From assembly GCA_964543705.1 (NCBI GenBank), contig CAZIZP010000005.1, positions 1,612 through 65,611 on the forward strand: a stretch of 64,000 nucleotides of DNA. Reading direction: 5' to 3'. Under the pieces are notes generated by a model. That model was not told the DNA's origin. It made no database searches and saw nothing but the letters and a program-made list of their open reading frames with translations. The DNA is from an uncultured Chitinophagaceae bacterium (GTDB taxonomy: Bacteria; Bacteroidota; Bacteroidia; Chitinophagales; CAIOSU01). A program made the position numbers and the translations under genes. This document shows positions 48,501 through 58,065 of the stretch, piece by piece. Position 1 is the stretch's first letter, and the number at the start of each line of letters is the position of its first letter.

Positions 48501-48568
48501 CTTGCCGTTTGCGCAAAAGCACTCAACCCAATAAAGACTGAGACCGCAAGTGTTAGAATTTTTTTCAT
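45503..48568 (-). CDS. DUF4397-repeat surface protein with T9SS C-terminal domain
   Basis: Signal peptide ending AFAQ. Four modules of about 227 aa, each starting AR(L/V)Q(I/V)IHNSADAAAA.VDVY(V/I)N. C-terminus IYPNPVNSNAV...GVYMIQVKTESNTFTRRIVVE. Confidence 0.8.
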   Translation of the reverse strand: MKKILTLAVSVFIGLSAFAQTARLQIIHNSADAAAATVDVYVNGNLFLEDVAFRTATAFTDVPSGVPLTIDLTPPNTSLSSSVFNKTVTLADGETYVAIANGIVSGSGYTPASPFDIYVYALGRETSNNINETAVLVFHGATDAPTVDVVERGVGAGLIIDDLSYNEFTTYLDLPTADFTLDVRTENTLATVASYSAPLATLNAGGAALVVVASGFLNPANNSNGPAFGLYAALPTGGALLELPSVAATNGAARVQVIHNSADAAAAEVDVYINGTLVFDDFAFRTASAFTDLPSLIDIEVAIAPSTSTSVGDAIATFDYVLADEETYIIVANGIVSPSGYSPATPFDLYVYTTGREAAAGGTANTDLLVFHGATDAPTVDAVEVAAGAGTVVDDISYGEFQGYLPLINADYALQVRDETGTVVVAAYEAPLASLGLQGGAGVVLASGFLNPANNSDGPAFGLFVALPTGGALVPLPNSTARVQVIHNSADAAAAEVDVYINDVLEIDNFAFRTATPFIDLNSDVNNKVSIAPANSTSVADAIANFNYTLDRNETYVIVANGIVSPTGYSPATPFDLYVFNPAQEAAASSGNTDVLVFHGATDAPTVDVAEVEAGAGTVVDDLSYGAFAGYLPLATADYALQVQDETGSVTVAAYEAPLATLGLQDAAAVVLASGFLNPANNSDGPAFGLFAALPTGGALVPLPNSTARVQVIHNSADAAAAEVDVYINDVLEIDNFAFRTATPFIDLNSDVNNKVSIAPANSTSVADAIANFNYTLDRNETYVIVANGIVSPTGYSPATPFDLYVFNPAQEAAASSGNTDVLVFHGATDAPTVDVVETLVGAGTIVNDLSYGEFEGYLELPTNDYEVQVRDETGTTTVACYQAPLASLNQDGNALIVLASGFLNPANNSNGEAFGLFAALPTGGALVALPACVQVNTTDLVLNNAISIYPNPVNSNAVSVTANENIINTVVYDLAGAELANANHNTTSALVNLPANISTGVYMIQVKTESNTFTRRIVVE
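46062..47167. repeat. Intragenic tandem duplication: two 425-bp perfectly identical cores, 681 bp apart
   Basis: 46062-46486 is identical base for base to 46743-47167. The flanks continue at roughly 90% identity for about another 75 bp. Confidence 0.9.
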
Positions 48569-48837
48569 ACTAATTGGTTTTTGATTTAAAAATTTGATGA
48601 AATAATATTTTGATTAATTGAATTTGATTAACATGACGAATAAATTTTTGTTTAATAATTTTATAAAAAGATTAAACATAAATATGTGGCAAGATTAATA
48701 AGTTCTTTGAAAACCTTAATGAAATAAGGGGTTTCGGGCAATTACATTTTTTTGTTAATTTTTGTTTTTTTGTAAAAACAAATACAATTAATAATTACAT
48801 AGAATTACTGTTAAACCAAAAAGAAGGGTTATTGCGT

Positions 48838-48845
48838 TATGTTTG
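48838..48845 (+). promoter_or_regulatory. Candidate -7 box (TAnnTTTG)
   Basis: TATGTTTG, 10 nt upstream of ATG 48856. It lies inside the TTG-48832 extension, which supports the shorter start. Confidence 0.4.
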
Positions 48846-48855
48846 TATGATAGTT

Positions 48856-50835
48856 ATGAAGGCAATAGTTGTGTTTTTTATTTTTTTATTTTTCACTGGT
48901 ACAGAAGTTGCTTTCTCACAAAATGTATCTCATGAGAAGCCTTTAAAACAGGCTCATAAAAAAATATCTTCAGGTAAATATGCCGATGCCATTGGCATAT
49001 TACAAGAGGTTATTGCCAGCGACTCTTCTGTTGGCGCAGCTTGGTATAGTTTAGGCGAAGCACATTACAAAATACGCGACTACACAGGTGCAAAAAAAGA
49101 TTTTCAGAAGGCTTTTGAATTAGACAAGGACGCTTTTCCTCTTGCCTCTTATTATTATGCATTGATGCTAAAAATGAATGGTGAGTATTTTGAAGCACAA
49201 AAAATATTTCAGCAGTTTGTCAGCACTTATAACGCCCGCAATAATTTTATAGACTATGCTAAAACTGAATTAAAGGGCTGCGAAATGGCTATAAACAGAA
49301 CTGACAATGAAAACGATGAAGCTTTACTTATTAAGCATTTAAATAGCAATATCAATTCAAAAAATTCTGAAATGGCCCCAATGTTTTGGGATGAAAGCAC
49401 GTTGCTATATGCTTCTTTACCGCTTGACACTATGATGTTATTTACCGGAAAATCAATCATTGATTACCGTATTAAATTTTATCTTGCCGATGTTCAAAGC
49501 GACTCTTTTTTCAACCCGCAAAAAATTAATGACTTTAATGTGCCCAATGCCAGCATTACAGGCGGTTGTCTTTCTTCAGACAGAATGAAATTTTATTTTA
49601 CTGCTTGCTTTGATGATGTGGCTACAAATACCGTGTGCCAGATTTATGTTAGCGAATTCAAGTACGGCAAGTGGAATGAAGCAGAAAGACTAGGCTCGCC
49701 ATTAAATGATTTTCAGTACAGCAATTTACACCCCACTATTGCTTTATATAAAAAAGGAAAAGAAATTATGTATTTCTCATCTGACAGACCGGGTGGTAAA
49801 GGCGGAAAAGATATTTGGTATAGTATTATTGATGCAAACGGAAAGTTTTCTGCACCCCTAAATGCAGAAGCAATTAATACTGAAAGAGATGAAATAACAC
49901 CTTACTACGACAACCTGAATGGCTTACTATACTTTAGTTCCGATGGGCATGTAGGGTTTGGCGGTTTGGATGTTTTTAAGGCAACGGGTGAAAGAAATGT
50001 TTGGACTGATATTGTCAATGTTGACTTGCCTATCAATTCATCGGTTGATGATTTTTATTTTAGTTTTTTGCCGGAAAAAAATATGGGCTTGTTAGTAAGC
50101 AATCGTTCCGAAGAAAATATTTCAGGCTCTACCTGCTGTGATGATATTTTTTATGTGAAATACACCAGACCAAAAAAACTGGCAATAATGGGGCTTGTAA
50201 AAGATGCCGACACAAAGAAAAACTATGAACTTTCAAATGCTCGCGTATCGCTTTCGTTAATAGATTCAACAGGCAATAATTTATTACTGAAAGAAAAAAC
50301 CACTATGAATAACGAGCCCTTTTATTTTAATCTGAAACCTGAACAACAATATGTATTGAATATTGGCAGGGAAGGATACTTCAATAAAACAGTTCCCTTT
50401 AATACCATTGGGAAAGCAGCACCTGACACCATTCGTTTCGATGTGTTGCTCGATAAAATTATTGAAGAAAAAACCTATCGATTAAGCAGTATTTACTATG
50501 CCTTCAACGATTTTAATTTACTGCCCGAAGCCAAAGCTACTTTAGATACTTTGTTTGAAGTGCTGGAAGAAAATCCTGAAATAAAAATAGAACTAAGTTC
50601 ACATACTGATAGCCGTGGCACAGAAAGTTATAACCTTACCTTATCGCAAAAACGAGCACAAAGTTGTGTAAGCTATTTAATTTCAAAAGGCATAGCGTCT
50701 AGTCGATTAATTGCTAAAGGCTATGGCTCACAACAGCCCTTACAAGATTGTAGCACCGATGACAACTGTACCAAAGAAGAAGATTGTGAATGTTATAAAC
50801 TAAATAGACGAACAGAATTTAAAGTAATAAAGTAA
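48856..50835 (+). CDS. OmpA-family outer-membrane protein with TPR and TolB-like beta-propeller repeats
   Basis: Signal peptide. TPR segment AWYSLGEAHYKIRDYTGA. PD40-like repeats. C-terminal OmpA domain LSSHTDSRGTESYNLTLSQKRAQSCVSYLISKG...NRRTEFKV. Confidence 0.85.
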   Translation: MKAIVVFFIFLFFTGTEVAFSQNVSHEKPLKQAHKKISSGKYADAIGILQEVIASDSSVGAAWYSLGEAHYKIRDYTGAKKDFQKAFELDKDAFPLASYYYALMLKMNGEYFEAQKIFQQFVSTYNARNNFIDYAKTELKGCEMAINRTDNENDEALLIKHLNSNINSKNSEMAPMFWDESTLLYASLPLDTMMLFTGKSIIDYRIKFYLADVQSDSFFNPQKINDFNVPNASITGGCLSSDRMKFYFTACFDDVATNTVCQIYVSEFKYGKWNEAERLGSPLNDFQYSNLHPTIALYKKGKEIMYFSSDRPGGKGGKDIWYSIIDANGKFSAPLNAEAINTERDEITPYYDNLNGLLYFSSDGHVGFGGLDVFKATGERNVWTDIVNVDLPINSSVDDFYFSFLPEKNMGLLVSNRSEENISGSTCCDDIFYVKYTRPKKLAIMGLVKDADTKKNYELSNARVSLSLIDSTGNNLLLKEKTTMNNEPFYFNLKPEQQYVLNIGREGYFNKTVPFNTIGKAAPDTIRFDVLLDKIIEEKTYRLSSIYYAFNDFNLLPEAKATLDTLFEVLEENPEIKIELSSHTDSRGTESYNLTLSQKRAQSCVSYLISKGIASSRLIAKGYGSQQPLQDCSTDDNCTKEEDCECYKLNRRTEFKVIK

Positions 50836-50841
50836 AAATCT

Positions 50842-51948
50842 ATGCAACTCTACACCCCCTACACCTTCAAAAATTCTGGCAAGCAAGCAATAAACAGAAT
50901 TACGCTTGCGCCCATGACCAACTTGCAAAGCCATGCCGATGGCACTTTGAGCGATGATGAATATCGTTGGCTCGTTCGCAGAGCGAAAGAAGGGTTTGGT
51001 GTAATTATTACTTGTGCGGCTCACGTATCTTTAGATGGGCAAGGCTGGGAAGGCGAGTTAGGCATTTTTGATGATAAACATATTGAAGGCTTAACCCGAT
51101 TAGCCAATGGTATTCGCAAATATAAAAGCTTAAGTATTGTACAAATTTTTCATGGCGGTGCCCGCAGTCCGCAAAGTGTAACCAGACAACAGCCGTGGAG
51201 TGCCAGTGCTCATACCATGACCGTTTCTAAAGCCCCTGTTGAAGTGCGTGAAGGCACTTTAGCGGAAATTGAAAATACCATTGAAGCATTTGTGGCTGCT
51301 GCTGAAAGAGCTTACAAATCAGGCTTTGACGGAGTAGAGCTTCATGGGGCACACGGTTATTTATTGCATCAGTTTGTGAGTACTGAAACGAATAAACGCA
51401 ACGATGAATGGGGTGGATCTTTTGAAAACAGAACAAAATTTTCTCGCACTATTCTGCAAAAAATAAAAGCCAAACTACCTGCTGACTTTTTAGTGGGCGT
51501 AAGAATTTCGCCTGAAGATAAATACACTTTTAAAGGCATTGACTTTGATGAGAGTTTGCACTTTGCAAAACTGTTGGCTGAAGATGGTGCAGACTTCATA
51601 CATATCTCACCTTGGGATGCTTTAAAGAAGCCTGAAAAATATTTGAATGAAGAAAAAACCATGATTGAATATTTCAGAAAGGCATTACCTGCTGATGTTG
51701 CCATTATGGTTGCTGGCGAAATATGGACGGGTGTTCATGCTGAAAAAGCAATTTCGCTAGGAGCTGATTTTGTTGCGTTGGGCAAAGCAGCTATTGGTAT
51801 TCCCGATTTCCCAACTAAAGCCAAAGACCCTAATTTTATTCCGCAAAAACCACCTTATACAATTGAGCATTTGCAACAAGCCGATTTGGGGAAAGCATTT
51901 ATAGAATACATGAAACGCTGGCAGGGATTTGTTGATGGTGGAAAATAA
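50842..51948 (+). CDS. NADH:flavin oxidoreductase (Old Yellow Enzyme family)
   Basis: Motifs LAPMTN, HGGARS, DGVELHGAHGYLLHQF and RNDEWGGSFENR. Confidence 0.85.
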   Translation: MQLYTPYTFKNSGKQAINRITLAPMTNLQSHADGTLSDDEYRWLVRRAKEGFGVIITCAAHVSLDGQGWEGELGIFDDKHIEGLTRLANGIRKYKSLSIVQIFHGGARSPQSVTRQQPWSASAHTMTVSKAPVEVREGTLAEIENTIEAFVAAAERAYKSGFDGVELHGAHGYLLHQFVSTETNKRNDEWGGSFENRTKFSRTILQKIKAKLPADFLVGVRISPEDKYTFKGIDFDESLHFAKLLAEDGADFIHISPWDALKKPEKYLNEEKTMIEYFRKALPADVAIMVAGEIWTGVHAEKAISLGADFVALGKAAIGIPDFPTKAKDPNFIPQKPPYTIEHLQQADLGKAFIEYMKRWQGFVDGGK

Positions 51949-52057
51949 AATAAATTCAAACTGCAACCATTTTGATTTTTTATTTTCTTGTTGTCTTCAT
52001 TTTGGAACAATTTTTGCCTGTTAATTAATGTTTAGATTAGCAAATAATTTTAAACAC

Positions 52058-52477
52058 ATGAAAAAAGTATTTTTAGTATTAGCTGTAATTTTTAGTTCGG
52101 CTTCAATTCAAGCTCAGGGCATCAATTTTTTTAAAGGCACATGGGCAGAAGCTTTGGAAGTGGCACAGGCAGAAAACAAACCTATTTTTGTTGATGCTTT
52201 TACAGTTTGGTGTGGGCCTTGTAAATACATGGCTGCACAGGTTTTTCCTGTTGATAGCGTTGGTGCTTACTACAATGAAAATTTTATTAATTATAAATAC
52301 GATATGGAGAAAGGCGATGGACCAAAATTTGCCGAAAAGTACCGTGTAACAGCCTACCCAACATTGTTGTACATTAACCCCGATGGAAAAGTATTGCACA
52401 GGGTAATGGGTGCGAAACAACCCGAACCTTTTGTTAATGAAGGCAAAAAAGCCATGGTGGTTTTTAATCTTAAATAG
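52058..52477 (+). CDS. Secreted thioredoxin-fold protein
   Basis: Signal peptide ending IQAQ. WCGPCK active site. Start set at MKKVFLVLAV. Confidence 0.75.
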   Translation: MKKVFLVLAVIFSSASIQAQGINFFKGTWAEALEVAQAENKPIFVDAFTVWCGPCKYMAAQVFPVDSVGAYYNENFINYKYDMEKGDGPKFAEKYRVTAYPTLLYINPDGKVLHRVMGAKQPEPFVNEGKKAMVVFNLK

Positions 52478-53543
52478 TTGCTAAAAATTCATCAACAGCA
52501 CTATTCAATAAATCAGCGTGGAGTTCAATAACAACAGGTGTTGTGTTTAATATTTGCGGTATAAGTTTTTCTAAATTGAAATTATTTTGTGTTGCCGAAA
52601 CAAACCATTGCTTTTGTTGCAAATAGTAAGCTAAATATTCTTGCTCTGTTTGCCCGGGAGTAGGAATTAAAACTGCAGGTCTTCTAGTTGCAACTAAATC
52701 CATAACAGTGCTGTAGCCCGAACGGGCAACTACAATAGCCGATTCATTTAATAATTCTTGCAACATTTCTGTCGAGGCAATATCAATTACTTTTGTCTTT
52801 TCAGAAAGTAATTCTTGATGTTTGAAAGGTTTATTTGTTCCTCTTACTAATGTTATTTGTTCATTCAAGTTTTTTAGTTGCATTAACAACTTTTTTTCTA
52901 TAATACTTCGTTGCGGTTCCGGGCCCGAAAGCAATAGCAATATATTATTTGTTGCAGGTAAATTTTCTTTATGCTGAAATCTTGAAAGCAAACCGATATA
53001 GTGGCAATGATTAGGAATATCTTCGCCATGCGATAATGCGCCTGATAAATTTTCATCTTGCCGTACATCAGGAATCCAACAAAAATTAAATTGCTTTAAA
53101 AAATGAAAATTTAATTTTTTAAGCAATGGTTTTAAAAACGAAAACGATTTAGAAGTTTGAATAAATAATTGATGTGTAATAATTACCGAAGGAATTTCAG
53201 TATGATAAAAACCATATCGATTATCGGAGATAATACCGTGAATATGATGCTGCGTTACAATCTTTTTCAAAGCTTCATTTTCAGCATAAATAGCTTTAAG
53301 AAACTTTGGGGTTTGCAATATCATGCTCATATTCATGTTGCCCTTGTACACAGGGCTGTAACCCGGCAGCTCAATAATTTTTTCATTCGGAAATATTTGT
53401 TGCCAGTAAACAAGTGCACTGCCCGAAGCCGCCAAAATAACTTTACATTGTTTGGCTTTCAGCAAATCAATTACTGGTATTAATCTTGTTGCATGACCCA
53501 AACCCCAATCTAACGCAGCTACTAAAACATTTTTTTGGGGCAT
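52470..53543 (-). CDS. GT-B glycosyltransferase (GT28/MurG-C-terminal-like, UDP-sugar dependent)
   Basis: N-terminal DWGLGHATR. C-terminal ARSGYSTVMD...IPTPGQTEQ nucleotide-sugar binding motif. Confidence 0.7.
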   Translation of the reverse strand: MPQKNVLVAALDWGLGHATRLIPVIDLLKAKQCKVILAASGSALVYWQQIFPNEKIIELPGYSPVYKGNMNMSMILQTPKFLKAIYAENEALKKIVTQHHIHGIISDNRYGFYHTEIPSVIITHQLFIQTSKSFSFLKPLLKKLNFHFLKQFNFCWIPDVRQDENLSGALSHGEDIPNHCHYIGLLSRFQHKENLPATNNILLLLSGPEPQRSIIEKKLLMQLKNLNEQITLVRGTNKPFKHQELLSEKTKVIDIASTEMLQELLNESAIVVARSGYSTVMDLVATRRPAVLIPTPGQTEQEYLAYYLQQKQWFVSATQNNFNLEKLIPQILNTTPVVIELHADLLNSAVDEFLATI

Positions 53544-53607
53544 AGAAAATTTGCTTCTGAAAAGATGTGTTAAAAATAAGTAGTTTTACGAAGCGTTATT
53601 ATTACCT

Positions 53608-53742
53608 ATGAAAAAGACTACAAAAATACTTGCCGTAATAATTGTATTAGCTACACTTTCTTTACAAGGCTGTGGTGTGTTTAAAAAGAAATGCGATTGC
53701 CCAAGATTTGGGCATTATTTCAATCCACCTGCAATAGATTAA
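53608..53742 (+). CDS. Small lipoprotein (44 aa), not in the ORF track
   Basis: MKKTTKILAVIIVLATLSLQGCGVFKKKCDCPRFGHYFNPPAID. It has a classic lipobox (LQGC) and a short Cys-rich mature peptide. Confidence 0.4.
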   Translation: MKKTTKILAVIIVLATLSLQGCGVFKKKCDCPRFGHYFNPPAID

Positions 53743-53746
53743 AAGC

Positions 53747-55585
53747 TTACTCTACCGTAACCGACTTCGCTAAGTTTCTGGGCTGGTCAACATTACAGCC
53801 TCTTAAAACAGCAATATGATAGGCTAGCAATTGTAAAGGCACAACTGAAAGTAATGGCGTTAATGCTTCTTCCGTTTCAGGAATTTCAATAACAAACTCG
53901 GCCATGTTTTTAATAATTTCATCACCTTCAGCCACCACCGCAATTACCCTTCCTTTACGTGCTATTACTTCTTGTATGTTGCTGATAATTTTATCGTAAG
54001 CACTTTTGTTAGTTGCTAATACCACTACCGGCATTTCTTCATCTATTAAGGCTATGGGGCCATGTTTCATTTCAGCAGCCGGATATCCTTCGGCATGTAT
54101 GTAAGATATTTCTTTCAGTTTTAAGGCTCCTTCTAATGCAACAGGAAAATTATAACCCCTACCCAAGTATAAAAAGTTACGGGCATCTTTAAAGGTCTTG
54201 GCTATTTCTTGTATGTACTTATCTAACTTTAATACTTCCTGAATTTTAGCCGGAATTTTTTCAAACTCAACCAATATTTGTTGATAGCGCGAAGCAGAGA
54301 TAGTGCCTTTTTCATGGGCAATAGCTAGTGCCATAAGCGTAAGCACTGTTACTTGTGAAGTAAACGCTTTGGTGGATGCTACGCCAATTTCAGGGCCGGC
54401 ATGAGTGTATGATCCTGCATGGCTTGCTCTCGGAATAGATGAACCTACTACATTGCAAACGCCTAATATAGTTGCGCCTTTAGATTTTGCCAATTCAATA
54501 GCCGCCAAAGTATCGGCAGTTTCGCCCGATTGAGAAATGGCTAATACTACATCACTTTCATCAATAATGGGATTGCGATAGCGAAATTCTGATGCATATT
54601 CTACTTCCACTTTTTTGCGGGCTAAATCTTCAAATAAATATTCACCTACAATGCCTGCATGCCAGGAAGTGCCGCAAGCCACGGTAACTATTCTTTCTGA
54701 ATTCACTAATTTCTTAAAATAATCTTTCAGCCCTCCTAAAGAAACCATGCCGGTTTCAGCATTTAGCCTGCCGCGCATACTATCTTTCACAGAAATTGGC
54801 TGCTCATAGATTTCTTTCAGCATAAAATGCTCGTAGCCTCCTTTTTCAAGGGCCTCTATTTGCATATCTAATTCTTCAATGTATGGAGTGGTTACTACAT
54901 TTTGAATGGTTTTTATAACCAAATCTCCTTGGGTATTTACCAAAGCTATTTCTTCATCGTTTAGGTAAACCACATTTTTAGTATGCTCTATTATAGGCGT
55001 TGCATCTGAGGCTAGAAAAAACTCATTTTTACCAACGCCAATTACCAAAGGGCTTCCTTTTCTTGCAGCCACTAACTGCCCCGGCTCTTCTTTAGACATT
55101 ACTACAATGGCATAAGCCCCAACTACTTTGTTTAATGCTACTCTTACAGCCTCAAAAATATTCAGTTTGCCATTTTTCTGTATATCTTCAATAAGGTTTA
55201 CTAAAACTTCTGTGTCTGTATCGCTTTGAAACTTATAGCCTCTTGATTTTAAGCCCTCTTTTAATGTGGCATAATTTTCAATAATACCATTATGAATTAG
55301 AGAAATGTTTTCAGAATAAGATAAATGCGGATGTGCGTTTACATCATTTGGAGGGCCATGTGTTGCCCAACGAGTATGCCCAATTCCAATGGTACCCACA
55401 ATATTCTTGTCTTTAGCAAAAGTCTCCAAAGCATTAACCTTTCCCGCTTTTTTATAAACGCTCATATCGTTGCTTAACAAGGCTATGCCGGCACTGTCGT
55501 AACCACGATACTCAAGTCTTTTTAAGCCATTTATTAATATAGGGTATGCTTCACGATGCCCAACATAAGCTACGATTCCACACAT
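53747..55585 (-). CDS. glmS: Glutamine--fructose-6-phosphate aminotransferase
   Basis: MCGIVAYVG N-terminal nucleophile, two SIS domains, C-terminal NLAKSVTVE. Confidence 0.95.
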   Translation of the reverse strand: MCGIVAYVGHREAYPILINGLKRLEYRGYDSAGIALLSNDMSVYKKAGKVNALETFAKDKNIVGTIGIGHTRWATHGPPNDVNAHPHLSYSENISLIHNGIIENYATLKEGLKSRGYKFQSDTDTEVLVNLIEDIQKNGKLNIFEAVRVALNKVVGAYAIVVMSKEEPGQLVAARKGSPLVIGVGKNEFFLASDATPIIEHTKNVVYLNDEEIALVNTQGDLVIKTIQNVVTTPYIEELDMQIEALEKGGYEHFMLKEIYEQPISVKDSMRGRLNAETGMVSLGGLKDYFKKLVNSERIVTVACGTSWHAGIVGEYLFEDLARKKVEVEYASEFRYRNPIIDESDVVLAISQSGETADTLAAIELAKSKGATILGVCNVVGSSIPRASHAGSYTHAGPEIGVASTKAFTSQVTVLTLMALAIAHEKGTISASRYQQILVEFEKIPAKIQEVLKLDKYIQEIAKTFKDARNFLYLGRGYNFPVALEGALKLKEISYIHAEGYPAAEMKHGPIALIDEEMPVVVLATNKSAYDKIISNIQEVIARKGRVIAVVAEGDEIIKNMAEFVIEIPETEEALTPLLSVVPLQLLAYHIAVLRGCNVDQPRNLAKSVTVE

Positions 55586-55588
55586 GGG

Positions 55589-56896
55589 TTATTCGATTTT
55601 GGTGTAAGTCAATTTTAATTTCATCGGATACTTTGAATGGTTACCACCGCCAGCTACCAAGCGATCAGCAATTCTGTTGCTTGGGAACGTGAGTATATAG
55701 ATACCATAGTCTTCTTTTTGGTTGCTTATTACGTTTTGAAAATGTACAGCTGTATTAAATTTATAAAGATTAACCGTTTTTTCTAAATTACTTTCTTGAA
55801 ATCGCTCGCCACCTAAATATGTTTCTCCAATAAACTGGTCGTCTAAAAAGGCATTTTTCCCAACTGAGTCAACTGCGTTTAGCGTTAACCTTCCCGGTAT
55901 TGTAAATTGACTGGTTATGTCAATACTGTTTTTGAAATTAGTCAAAACCAGCTCTGCTTTGCTTATAGAAATGTTACCCAGGTTTTTAATATTGGGAACA
56001 GAAATTTTTGTTTTAAGGCCTGCCATAGACTGTATTAGAACCAAACTATCTCCTGAACGATTAGGTTGCAGTGCACTTTCGGCATAACTTCCTGAATAAT
56101 CGTGTTTATAGTTGTTTGCAGTAGCTGCATCAGCATTAATTACCACAGTAAAAACAGTATCGCGTAAATTGCTTTTATAATAAAACATTAGTGCTGAAGC
56201 GGGTGCTTTTAAATCTAAATAAGTTATTCCGCTGCCGCTATTTTCTTCTGCTTTTACATGAAGTCCTTTAAAAAAATCCAGAAATAATTCGTTACTTGAA
56301 AGATTAGAATAATTGGGCTGGGTTATAATGTTTTTAGCCCAGGCATCATTTAATCTTATTCTCAGATGAGGTGCATATTTCTCAAATCTCGTAGTAATGC
56401 TATCAGAAAAGTTAGGAATATACCCGTTTAATCTTCCTATTTCGTTTGGTTTTGTTTGAAAAACTCTGTCTGAAAAGTAATCTGAGTCTCTGAACATTGT
56501 TTCGTCCAGTTCATAAACCACAAGGTTTTGTGGCGTTTTTGTATTTCCATAACTGCCTGCATACTGAAGCATTAACACTGCTGAATCGAGCTGTAAGCTG
56601 TTAATATCTCCTAAATCAATATTATTGGTCTGTAACAATAATTGAAAATATACGCTTGCATTCGATTTTCCAAATACCGGGTCAATCATATTCCCCAATA
56701 AATTTACAGCCAGCTCATCAGTTCTTAAAGGGTCTTCTTTTACAACTTCAGAAATTATAGTAAGTGTATCGGTTACAATAACACCCAGTTTGTTTGAAGG
56801 AATTAAATCTGAATCATTAATTACGGGCTCTTTACAAAAAGAAAATAGCAGCAACAAAGCTGCTATTATAAAAAAGCTGTTTTTTTTGAATGGCAT
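55589..56896 (-). CDS. DUF4270-type lipoprotein
   Basis: Lipobox LFSFC. The size and the position between the glgA-like gene and glmS match the conserved Bacteroidota arrangement, as recalled from memory. Confidence 0.65.
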   Translation of the reverse strand: MPFKKNSFFIIAALLLLFSFCKEPVINDSDLIPSNKLGVIVTDTLTIISEVVKEDPLRTDELAVNLLGNMIDPVFGKSNASVYFQLLLQTNNIDLGDINSLQLDSAVLMLQYAGSYGNTKTPQNLVVYELDETMFRDSDYFSDRVFQTKPNEIGRLNGYIPNFSDSITTRFEKYAPHLRIRLNDAWAKNIITQPNYSNLSSNELFLDFFKGLHVKAEENSGSGITYLDLKAPASALMFYYKSNLRDTVFTVVINADAATANNYKHDYSGSYAESALQPNRSGDSLVLIQSMAGLKTKISVPNIKNLGNISISKAELVLTNFKNSIDITSQFTIPGRLTLNAVDSVGKNAFLDDQFIGETYLGGERFQESNLEKTVNLYKFNTAVHFQNVISNQKEDYGIYILTFPSNRIADRLVAGGGNHSKYPMKLKLTYTKIE

Positions 56897-56917
56897 GCCG
56901 AACTTATTGTTAAAAAC

Positions 56918-57724
56918 CTATTTCTTAACAAAATTACCGTAGAAGGACTCATATGCCTGAAGAAACTCTTCTTCTCCTAAATAACCCAATGTTGGCTTGC
57001 CGTTTTTATCTATTAAGGCTTGCACTTCTTTAGCAATTGACTCGCTTCCTACTATAACACCATCTGCCAATGATGCAGCACCTAGGTTTAAAGCTGTATT
57101 ATCAGCTTTTGCAAAGGCTTCAAATGAGGGATCATCAGATTTTATTGGGGCTTTAGTTAAAAAACTTTTTGGCAACTTGTTTTTGAAAGCGTTTTCGTAT
57201 ACCGAATAAATTATCTTGCTAGATTTGAAAACGGGATCGTTTTTATACATCGTTTTCATATAATAAGGTATTAAACTGGTCATCCAGCCATGACAATGAA
57301 TAATATGCGGTGGCCAACCAAACTTTTTTACTGTTTCCAAAACCCCTTTACAAAAGAAAATCATTCTTTCTGCATTGTCTTCGTAAAATGGTGTTTGGTC
57401 ATCGCCAAATACTCCCTTACGTTTAAACATATCTTCATTATCTAAAAAATAAACCTGCATTCTGGCACCCGGCAAAGAAGCTACTTTTATTACCAGCGGA
57501 TGATCTTCTTCATGAACAGTTATATTAATTCCAGATAATCTTACCACCTCATGAAGCCTGTGGCGCCTTTCATTTATTATACTAAACCGTGGCATTAACA
57601 CTCTTATCTCCATGCCGCTTTCTTGGATGTGTTGTGGCAGTTCACGAGCAATTTGAGCAATGGTACTTTTAATAAAGTATGGCTTCATTTCCTGCGTAAC
57701 AATCAGCACTCTTTTCTTTTCCAT
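56918..57724 (-). CDS. Short glycogen/starch-synthase-like protein (GT5 N-terminal domain only)
   Basis: 268 aa. Motifs VLIVTQEMKPY and HCHGWMTSLIP. Confidence 0.75.
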   Translation of the reverse strand: MEKKRVLIVTQEMKPYFIKSTIAQIARELPQHIQESGMEIRVLMPRFSIINERRHRLHEVVRLSGINITVHEEDHPLVIKVASLPGARMQVYFLDNEDMFKRKGVFGDDQTPFYEDNAERMIFFCKGVLETVKKFGWPPHIIHCHGWMTSLIPYYMKTMYKNDPVFKSSKIIYSVYENAFKNKLPKSFLTKAPIKSDDPSFEAFAKADNTALNLGAASLADGVIVGSESIAKEVQALIDKNGKPTLGYLGEEEFLQAYESFYGNFVKK

Positions 57725-57775
57725 GATATGCGAGGTTTTAAAGAATTTTTTTCAACCAAATGTTGAAACGAAGTG

Positions 57776-57783
57776 CAAAAGTA
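57776..57783 (-). promoter_or_regulatory. Candidate -7 box (TAnnTTTG)
   Basis: Minus strand reads TACTTTTG, 51 nt upstream of the start at 57724. Confidence 0.4.
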
Positions 57784-58065
57784 ATGATTTTTTAGCCTTT
57801 TATGAAATTTAGCTACGTTTTTACATGGAATACCATTATTAAAGTCTTTTGAAAATCAATGCTGAAAAAATTAAATTGTTTGCTTATGTGTTTTTTGTTT
57901 TTAGTATTGTTTATATGCTTAAATTAATAGCTGCATTGTCTTTTCATAAAACACCTACAATGAGTTTTAATAGTCAAAACAAATTGCATTAATTTATTGT
58001 CATTTAACACAGTGAATAAAGCTTGCTATATTTAGCATCAACAAATAAATCTAACCGAGTTTTTT

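Noticed and set aside
45503-48568. Regular 681-bp periodic repeats that might be mistaken for a repeat array or CRISPR.
   Set aside because: The period is far too long and there are no unique spacers. The repeats are coding modules of one continuous ORF.
57859-57924. 21-aa hydrophobic mini-ORF (MLKKLNCLLMCFLFLVLFICLN) in the 341-bp spacer upstream of the SPL-like gene.
   Set aside because: Hydrophobic peptides arise easily from T-rich DNA. There is no promoter box or conservation evidence available.
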